Position numbers and translations under genes: made by a program. A stretch of DNA of 64,000 nt. Origin: the human T2T-CHM13v2.0 reference genome, Homo sapiens. Positions 54,525-64,000 of this stretch are shown one piece after another. The stretch is taken from NCBI RefSeq assembly GCF_009914755.1, contig NC_060927.1; one strand, written 5' to 3'. The notes under the pieces are model-generated. The model was not told the DNA's origin and did not search any database. It saw only the letters and a list, made by a program, of their open reading frames with translations. Position 1 is the first letter of the stretch, and every line of letters begins with the position of its first letter.

Positions 54525-57119
54525 ACTACTGATCATTATTTGGGCAACTTCATTTTGGTTGCCATCTATTTTTTGTCATTATTTTGTTTCTAACCAAACA
54601 CACACTTTAAAAAAAATTTATGTAATTTGTGATTCTTCAAGTCAAACTTTGAACATGAAACTACAAAATTGCTGTATCAGGTGAACATAAACTAATTCAA
54701 GCAGTTTAAGAAATCCGATACCCTTCCAAGGTAGTTCACATCCAAAAAATTAACAAATTTTCATCTCAATTTATAGTCCTCTGGGACATGACATTATACA
54801 TCCTGCACAAATAAAGTTAATGTTGTAGGGAAGTGACAAGGACGATAATAACAATAACATCAACCGATATTGATTGGGTTTCTACTATGTGATGAGCTAA
54901 TTTAATACTCAAGACAACCCTAGTTTATATTATTATTCACATTTATAGATGAGAGAAGGGAAGCTTAGAGCAGTTACCAACTCTCTCTCCCTGGTTGCAT
55001 CACTTATAGGCAGAAGGTTCAGAGTGTGGGTTGAAATCCAGAGCTCAATTCATAATCACCATGCAAGAGGCCCAAGATCCTGATAGCCAATGTGCTACAG
55101 AAGTTAGAGAGGTGGAGATAGGTAAGACAAATTGGTATTGTTTTACTCTAGAAGCAAATAAATCAAGCTCATAATCCCTAGGCTCTTTTGCTCATTTGAC
55201 TGTCATAGAGGATTTTATTTTATTTGCCTCCAGAATCCATCTGGAGATATGGAATGACAGCCATGCATCTGTCGTACTAGAACTACTAGAGGGTTCTGCT
55301 TCTAAGTGCCATTTATCTGACTTGCAAATAGAAGATACCAATGAGAGAAAACAAATTTTAAAATGGCCAGGATAAATGTGTATTGTGAATCACAGATTAC
55401 CAGGATTTGTTCCTATGCATTTCCAAGCAGTTGTGAGCAATTTCAGACAGACTTGAGCCAAGTTTATCAATGGCTACTGAAAAAATTTTTTCTACTGAAT
55501 ATGTATGACAAGATTGCCCACCTTTAAGTAAAAATGAGAATCTGAATGCCTTTAGAAGTAACACAATTGTTAATGATGCTGAATGATATAATAGTTAGAA
55601 AATTGGGCCAAAGAAATCAGCCAGCTACTGTATGTCACTACAGTAAGTGTCTTCATGTACAGATAAATAAATATCAGCTCTCAGAAAGCAGAAATGTCCG
55701 TGTGAATGGTGCATAATTGTGAAATTGAAATGTCATATCAGGTTATATCATTTTGTCATGTTCCTTATAGTTTTAAAAGCCAATCTCCTGCCTAGGTTAC
55801 TGTGACAGGATGTTCTGAGCCATTTTCAGATCTCAAGTCAAATAATGAGGATTTAGTTTTCTTCCAATATTAATGTAAAGCAGATTTTTAAAAGCAACTT
55901 ATCTTACAAGACTGACAGAATGCTTGAATGCTCTAAGAATGAGTACATTAATAAATACCATCTCATGTTTCAGTGAATCTGTATTGCAAGACGTTTGGCT
56001 TAAAATAACTTCTCTGGGAATTAGGAAGAAGCTTGATATCCACCTTAAGATTTTGTGTAAAAGACAGAGGCTATGTTATTCAAACTCTCCTCCCATAAAG
56101 GAGACCAGGTTGACCCAAGGCAGTTTATGGGACCAGGAGTGTTTACTGATGGCAGGCAAACAGTGGTATCACGGCTCACCTTGGTTTCATGACCAGTGCC
56201 TTCCAAATATTTTCCTATTTCCCCATCTAGCCTCAAAACAATCCTGGGAGAGACGTAGTGCAATGAGAATTAACCCTATTCTACAGATTCAATTTAATTC
56301 CTCTTTAGTGAGCGCTAGACATTGGAAAATAAGTCCAGGATATTAGAAACCTTGCTTGTATCAGAGAAGAAGTTAATAGCAGAACAAAGACACAAACTCT
56401 TAGTCCAGTGATCTTCAGGGTAGTGGCTAATTTATGGGGTGCTGGATTTTAATCTTCTTGTGTGAAATATTATTTAACAGGTGGAAGCTGTTACTTCACG
56501 TATAGAATAGTGTTAATAATAATGTGCACATCACATGAGTGCAGTAAGGAAAGGAAGAGTTAATGCCTGAAAAGCACTTTACACAGGGAAAGGCACACAG
56601 TAAGTGATAAATTAATGGTATCTGATTGTAGCACTATTATTATCATTAATTTTAATTATTCTCCTGTCCATTACTGGGTAGTTCCTTAGTCCCACAAAGG
56701 AAAATTGGAGGCACTTTCCTTTGATTGACTGCTGCTTTCACAGTTCTGTCTTCCTCCAGTCCTTCTATCCCATGCACCTTCTTATCCCCAAGTCGCCAAG
56801 GATAGAGCTTAACTCAGGACTACTTGTAAGATCACAATTGCTAGGTTGAACCATCCAATTAACCTTTGTGTTTCTTGAATCCCACTCCATTAGATGACTG
56901 GGAGGTAGACTTTAAATTTCCCCAAACAAAATAAGGTTTCTTGTTTTGAACTACAGGCTGGGGCCATCACTAAGGGAAGAAAATAACAAAGAGATATGGA
57001 GCTGGATGCTCAAATAATCAAATGCTCTTTCCCACCAGCTACACCTTTGTTTGAGTATAATTAGATACAGAAATCAGATTTTGCAGTCTCTGAGCTATAC
57101 AGAAATTGCTGAGAAAGTG

Positions 57120-57220
57120 CTCTCTCTTCTCCCCTTCCCTCTCTCCCTCTCCCCAATTCCCCTCTGTCTTCTTCTCCTTTCCTCTTCTCTCCTCTTTTCT
57201 CTCCCCATTCTCCTCTCTCC
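57120..57220. repeat. Polypyrimidine (CT-rich) low-complexity tract
   Basis: Seen directly. Confidence 0.85.
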
Positions 57221-57800
57221 TGTTTATGTCAGTTCCATTTCATGTCTATTTTATTTTAATAGGTAATAAGTGTCTTCAACAGGCCAAGAAACATGTATTT
57301 ATGGGTGAATTAAAAGCATTTAGTCTGCTGAGGAACATTATTGAATCATTAAATCATTATAACTCTCCTACAAATGGCTTGCTAGGGGTATGTAGACAGG
57401 CTTTGGTAACCTAGAGGAGGAGGTGCATAATCTTGCCTAGAAGTGAGGGCATGCCCTTTTCAGGTCTCTGTGCTGTGGACTTGTCATAAAGTATAATAAA
57501 AAAATAAAAAATAAAAATAAAAACAAATATTTACTGCTAGAAAACTCCTATAAACTGCATTTTAATAAATACTCTCAAATATGGAAAAAAAAAAAAAAGA
57601 CAACTCGAGAGCATCTTGAGGTTGATGAGCAAGGCAAATGAAGGACCTTGTTTTTGAAGTTCTACCCCAGGAACAGTGTATTTGATGATAAACATAATAT
57701 CATTTGAAGCCCCAAAAGTGTGTATGTATGTTGTTAGTCATAGACACACCTATCAGAATCTGACACTGATTTGTGGGGTGGGTGGGGTGTGTGTGTGTCT

Positions 57801-58102
57801 TTCTTTTTTTTTTTTTTTGAGACAGAGTCTTGCTCTGTCATCCAGCCTGGAGTGCAGTGGCACAGTCGATCTCGGCTCACTGCAACCACTGCCTCCTGGA
57901 TTCAAGCCATTCTCCTGCCTCAGCCTCCCCAGTAGCTGAGATTACAGGGGTGCACCACCATGCCCAGCTAATTTTTGTATTTTTAGTAGAGACGGGGTTT
58001 CACCATGTTGGCCAGGCTGGTCCCAAACTCCTGACCTTGCGATCCACCTGCCTCAGCCTCCCAAAGTGCTGGGATTGCAGGTGTGAGCCACCGTGCCCAG
58101 CC
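57801..58102 (-). mobile_element. AluS (Sg-like)
   Basis: Full dimer; flanked by G(GT)6CT and G(GT)11CT. Confidence 0.95.
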
Positions 58103-58867
58103 GGTGTGTGTGTGTGTGTGTGTGTCTCACCTCCTCACTCTCTGAGATAAGAAGTGTCGATAATGCAAAAATGTATGGACTTCACCTTAAATGAACTCAT
58201 AATCTAAACCACTATAAATTTTGCATCAAGTACATTTCTCTCAGAATTGGCAGCACAGATGAAGGCAAATACATTAATCCATTCAAAATTTTCCCGGTGT
58301 GCTTTCTAGATGTTTTATCGGATCTCACATCCTCAGCTCTTTTTCAGCTTTTTAACGATTAGTGAATTCTTAATTACAATTTAAATGAAGGTTCATTCCC
58401 ACTGTATTTGGTACCACATTTCTCGAATTAGCTACTTTAATAAAAAGATGAGCTGTAGTTCTGTAGCCTTAATAAAGGCAGTGAACTGCTTAAAGAATTC
58501 ATGCTTCTTCCAGAGCCCACAGCTTTTCTTGTCCTTTGCTGGAGTCTGTGCCTTTGGTGGGCTGGTGGAAAATGTCTGTCCCAACCCCATCCACGTTTGT
58601 CACATTTCCTTACATTCCAGGGAATTCCTCATTCAGTTAGAAAATCAAGATCTTGCAGAAACTTAGCAAAGCCCCAGTGTGTCTTTCCTATATGTTTTCT
58701 TTTTCATTTAAAACAAAATGAAATGTGAAATGTTTCTACTCCATAGCCTGGCATACCCAGAGAAAACTTGGCTTCCTTTCTCAGACAGACCAGGGGTTTT
58801 CAACTCCTGTCCTATGGAGAGGGAGGAGGGAGGTGACAATTTTGCCCCTGACTCAACCCCCTGCCGC

Positions 58868-59280
58868 TGTCTTAAGTTTGTCTTGCTACAATAAAATACC
58901 TGAGACTGGGTAATTTTTAAAGAACAGAAATTAATCTTCTCACAGTTCTGGAGGCTGGAAAGTCCAAGATCAAGTTTCCAGCAGGTTCTATTGCTTGGTG
59001 AGGGCTGCCCTCTGCCTCCAAGATGGTGCGTTGTTGCAGCATCGTCTGGAAGGATGGAATACTGCGTCCTCACGTGGTAGAAGGCAGAAGAGAAACGGAG
59101 CAGAACATGTGGGAAGCCTCTTTTAAAAAGGCCTTAATCCCATTCATGAGGGAGGGGCCCTCATGGTCTAATGACCTCTTAAGTGCCCTACTTCTTAATA
59201 TTATCACATTGACAACACAAGGCTTTTCAAGAGGACAAATTCAAATCCTAGCATTCTGCCCATGACCCCCAATATCCATG
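58868..59280 (-). mobile_element. MSTD/MLT1A-like MaLR LTR with a short adjoining internal-like segment
   Basis: TGTCTTA...ATACCTGAGACTGGGTAATTT...CTCACAGTTCTGGAGGCTGGAAAGTCCAAGATCAAG...ATTCAAATCCTAGCA. Confidence 0.85.
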
Positions 59281-60224
59281 TGTTGCCATGTGAGGACACA
59301 GCATTCCTCCCTTTCAGAGGATGCTGCAATGAGGCACCATCTTGGAGGTTACCTGTCCTAGAGGCAATTCAGGTCCACTTGACTTTAGCTTAGACGTTGC
59401 TTCATTTTTCTCTGAATAATTCTACTTATGGGGAACTCTCTACCTGTCACCGTGTTCATTCCTCTGGGTCCAGGAACCTCACTGCTAGCTTTTGGCTGTC
59501 ATATTGTCTTCTATCCTCTTGTGTCCCCTCTCTTAGCTACCTCCAACACACACACAAACACACTCTTCAGCCCAACCTAAACATTTCAGCTTCATAGTCT
59601 CTTTCCCCTAAGCTCTGCTTTCTGATCTAGCTGACATCCTAGAGAGAAAAATGCTGTCAACCTCATTTCCCTATCCAGTTTTAGATGTTACTCATCAAAG
59701 AACTCTTGCGTTTTTCTAGAATACTTCAGGAGCATTTATATTGCTCCTGACTCCATATCTAATTATGGAATTTGAGCCAATTAAATATTTCCTAGCAACT
59801 TGGGCACTAGTTTAACTTTTACGGCTACCACAAGTAATTTTGGTAGACTCCCAAAGTGGTAAAGATCTGGGAAAAATGGGAGTAAAAATATTTTACTATT
59901 TAAAGAACAACTATCCATAATTATTTTTGCTAATTCATCTTGTATTGATTTTTCCTTGTGTGCCCTCAGATACTGCTGGGTTTTACTTTTTGTTTTTCAA
60001 TGAAACAAAATTTCATGTTATGTTTCCTTTTTGATGGTGAGGTAAAGCTCTTTTTCAGATTCAAGAATAATGATCATGGCTGTGTAGGCCTCACTGGATC
60101 CCAGACCCTCTTACAGTCGCTAGGGACATGAAGTCAAATAAAACCTAGGTCCTAGCCTCAAACTACCTGCTTTATTCCTATTACCCTTGAGGGCAAAATC
60201 TGTGATGGGGAGACATTAGCAGGG

Positions 60225-60480
60225 AGGGGTTATAATTTTGGGCTCTGGACTCAGACTGCCTGGGCCCAAATCTCAGTACCACCATCTACCATCTGTATGA
60301 CTTTGGACTGATGGTTATAGAACCTCTCTATACTTCTGAGTCTTCATCTATCAAATGAAGAGACTAACGTTTCCTAATTTATAAAGTAGTTGGTCAGAGT
60401 AAATGGGTTATTACCCATAAAGCCACTAGAACAACACCAGGCACTCAGCAGGTGCTAACTAATGCAAGCCATTATTTTTA
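60225..60480 (+). mobile_element. MIR
   Basis: GGGCTCTGGACTCAGACTGCCTGGG...TCTTCATCTATCAAATG...AGAACAACACCAGGCAC. Confidence 0.75.
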
Positions 60481-62089
60481 TCAGCTTTATGATTATCTAC
60501 CATCATATCCATACTCTGCTTTCTCTGTAACTGGTGTTGATTAAATCTCATTGGACTGATCAGCTGAAACACAAGTGGATGGGTACACACTCTATTGACT
60601 TTCTCATCTTGAGAAATGCTTGGAAGGCTTCTTATTGTCCTGTTTACATCAAATGTTCTTCTATATTATTTTTTGTTCTCTGAGCCTCCCAACTCAGCAT
60701 AAGCTGCTGTCATTATAGACAAATGCAATCAGCCCTAATGTATAGCTTCACTCTTTTCCCCATCACTCTGTTCCCCTCCCTTCAGCTATCCCACTACCAC
60801 TCTGGCACTCAGATCTCATGGTTTAGGGAAAGAGGGGAGAGAGCACTACCCCGTTAAATCAGCCAACCAGCCTCCAGAGAACAGAAGTTTGAATCTCTCA
60901 CCAGCTGGCAAGTCTGAAAAAAAGTGGAAGGGTGTAAAGAACACAATAGCGTAACAGGATGAAACTTGGAAATTTGATTGGGGCATCCAGCTGAGAAACT
61001 AGTCTCAGACTTTCATCCTCCTATCATTTTTTGAAAGTTGTGAGATCTTCCCCTCCCCATCCCCCAAGATGGCAAACATCCTTACTAGTTGCTGAATTTA
61101 TTTCCTTGAATCCAGAACAAGCACACACTCACACACACAGCTTTAGCTTCATTGGGGTCTCAGCAGCTTAAGAATGTCTTGCTCTAATACTCACAGTTCA
61201 TTAGACTTTCAAACAGTTGGCACAAAGTTAGCCCTTTCCGCAGGGGGACATCTTCATTTCCATTGCTGATTAGCAGGATCCTAATCAAAGTTACAGATGC
61301 ATGCAAAGAAATGCTTCAGAATTTGCCCTGGGAACAGGTAGGAAGAGATAGCAGGTAAAACTGATCTGAATCCCTTATGAGGGACAAGGTTATTGAAAAC
61401 ACTTGAGTGATTGGCCAAGGAGTGATCGCACCTTTGTTCCACCACCTGTCTGAGATCTGCAACTTAGAATGCTCTTCCACGTTGTTCTCAAATATCTAAG
61501 AAACATCTAATCAATTTATATGCTATCTCAAGAAATAGACAGCTAAGCTTGAATTGCAATGAGTTTCTTATTTGTGGCCTATTGGCCCACTAGCCAATTG
61601 GCTAGTTACCATTATGGGCAGAAAATAATGTAGACTATTGACAATCTAGAAATTGCAAGACTGAAAAAAGTGAAATTATTACCATGGAAAAAAGAACTTA
61701 GAAAAAAGTGCAGTTGAGGCTAGGGAAAAGTGAGGTTAAATGCCATTGAGCTGCCACTTACTCCACAGGCCAAGAATTAAATAAAATAGAAGTTATATTG
61801 GTTAATTCTCCAAATACCATTAAGGCACTTATTGTTATTCCCATTTTACAGATGTTGAATCCAATTTACAGAGGTTAAGTAATTTAAATAGTGCTGTATA
61901 TTGAGTGTGATCCAGAGACATGCTCTTCACCACAGTGCTGTATTGCCACCCCATTTTTTACCTGGAAGTGGAGAAAAAAGCCAAGAATATCTATTAGCTT
62001 ATTGAGCATCTGCTGTGCACAAGACAGGTGGGGGACACAGTAGCAAGACATACACAAGTCCCTTCTTTGGGAGAACCACCCTCTCCCAC

Positions 62090-62485
62090 TTATATAGTCC
62101 TGGCGGATGGTCAATCATGGTGCCTCACTTGATACCTATAAGGTCAAGTGACTCAAGCCAGGAATCAAAGTCCCCTCTTGAATTTCTCTATGAAGTGAAT
62201 TTCTTATTTCTATGGAGTTACTAAGCTAGGTATATGTGGGCCTAGTTGATAGTGACCACATTGCCCATGATGTAGAAGGAGTCTATTTAAAGAATAAAGC
62301 TGGGCAGAGACAAGCAGATCCTCAAGGGGAGAGAAAAAGATAGAGGGAGAGAGAAAGGCTTACCAAGAAGAAATTGAGGCCCTGAATTCAGCCACAGCTG
62401 AAGCCAGCACATTCTAGACTTTCCGGTTGTCAGTGGCTGAATTTCCTCATGTGATTGCTGGTTTGATTTAGGTTTCTGATACTCG
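62090..62485 (+). mobile_element. Old MLT1 (J/K-like) LTR
   Basis: GTGACTCAAGCCAGGAATCA...CCCTGAATTCAGCCACAGCTGAAGCCAG...GTTTGATTTAGGTTTCTG. Confidence 0.55.
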
Positions 62486-64000
62486 CCAAATAATCCTGAC
62501 CTAAATAATTTCTATCTCTTCTGTAAAATGTTATAAGCACCTATGCATCAAAATAGTATTAATGGAGATTAAATAACAAATGTCTAGTGTAATGGTTAGG
62601 TGTTAAGCAGATGGTAGATGCTTAGTAACAGTTTATTTATCTATTCATAGGACCAAGAAAGAGTAAGACGAAGTAACTCTACTAGTATTTTTATATTCAG
62701 TATTATTTAACTCTGTTTCCCTTTGTAATGACTGCATAATATTCCATTATATTGAGATAAAATGAATTATTTCACCAATCTCTTATTGTTGGACTTCGAA
62801 TTTTACATGGCTTTGAATTTTTCTCTCTCATAAGCAATTAGCCTTGCACTTTACACATATTTTAAATTATTTCCTTAAGATAAAAACCCAGAAGTTGATT
62901 ATCTTCCTGATTTTGAAGGCAGAAGTTTCTAATTTTTTCCACATTAAATACATCCCTAACCTGTGACCTCTTATCTGAGTGAAAATTTTGAATTCCAACT
63001 TTTGACTACACCCCAGGCCCTGAAATCTTATGCTGTTGTAGAAGAGATCTCCCAAAAAAGACCTACAAAGATAATTTTCTTCCCAGAGAATAAAAAAACT
63101 AAAATAAAAATAACTTGTTCTAAGGAGCCTGACATTAAAACATTTGCTTTGAAACTTGAGATACTAAGGAAACATCACAAATTAAATTCAAGCTGTGTTT
63201 AAGTACGCAGAAGTCAGGCTTTAATTATCAGGGAGAAATCCCCAAGACAGGCATGAATTTGCATAGCCGCGCAAGCGTAGGCCCAGTGCTGGGCTCTGCA
63301 TGCCCTCAGCTTTGGCAGTATCCTTTCTCATTGAGACTCAAAAAGTGAAGTTCAAAACCATTAACAGCTCCTCTGGCCAAAAATGGAAGAAAAAACAAAC
63401 ATACAGAAATCCCATGTGATTTTTTTTTAGCATAATGGAATTCTTTATAAGTTGCATCCTGGGGTATCTGCAATGCCCGCAGTTCTGTATGTGGCAACCC
63501 AGCAGATGGTCAGGGAGCAGCAAAAGTGGTAATAGTCTATCCAACTCTGCCTGCTGCAGTCGGCCTTGGGGAGCTTCTAAATAAATCTGGTGGCTCCTTT
63601 CAAACCCAAAGTTAAGCCATCTTCCGCAGCTTTCATTGGCTTTGTTTGTTTGTTTGTTTGTTTCACTCATTCTGTAAATAGTTGATTCAAGATTGAAAAA
63701 ACTAAGACCAAACTACATGGGATTTGTGTTCCTGATTAGAAGATATAGCTGGTAGAAGGCTGATTCTGGGCTTTATGAAACCCTCATGCATTAAGAGTTG
63801 GCACACTTAGGGGAACAGGGCAGGTGAGGGGGCCAGGGAAAGGAAAGAATTGATGACATTAGGGCATATTCATGGACACTCCCTGTGGAATGGTCTCCGA
63901 CCTCCAGTCTTCCATTCTTCCAATCTGTTATTTCAAATAGAGCTGTGTTTACACCATTGTATCTCTGGCTTATAGAAATAAAACGTCTCTCCTCACATCA

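Noticed and set aside
55924-56346. 140-aa ORF
   Set aside because: Non-ATG start, runs into MIR-like sequence, no homology recognised; length compatible with chance.

Overview
Mammalian (human or great-ape) genomic DNA that is almost entirely intronic. The only supportable coding sequence is one 199-bp internal exon of synaptoporin (SYNPR, + strand, 50154-50352), with more than 50 kb of intron upstream and more than 13 kb downstream. The rest is a typical fossil record of interspersed repeats (Alu, L1, L2, MIR, MaLR/ERVL LTRs, hAT-Charlie and Tigger DNA transposons) and microsatellites, plus a 3'-truncated 5S rRNA retropseudogene with a perfect target-site duplication. Repeat subfamily names and most repeat boundaries were assigned by eye against remembered consensus sequences and are approximate. 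I found no evidence of a new gene system. The most interesting signals are small-scale. (1) A 79-bp complex insertion at about 33.8 kb contains a perfect 42-bp copy of sequence from 5.4 kb downstream. (2) That donor lies inside the predicted Pol III read-through unit of the tailless 5S pseudogene. (3) Several template-switch hairpin scars sit inside old repeats. (4) There is an atypical tail-to-tail L1 capture with no poly(A). (5) The SYNPR acceptor has a U12-like branch sequence.
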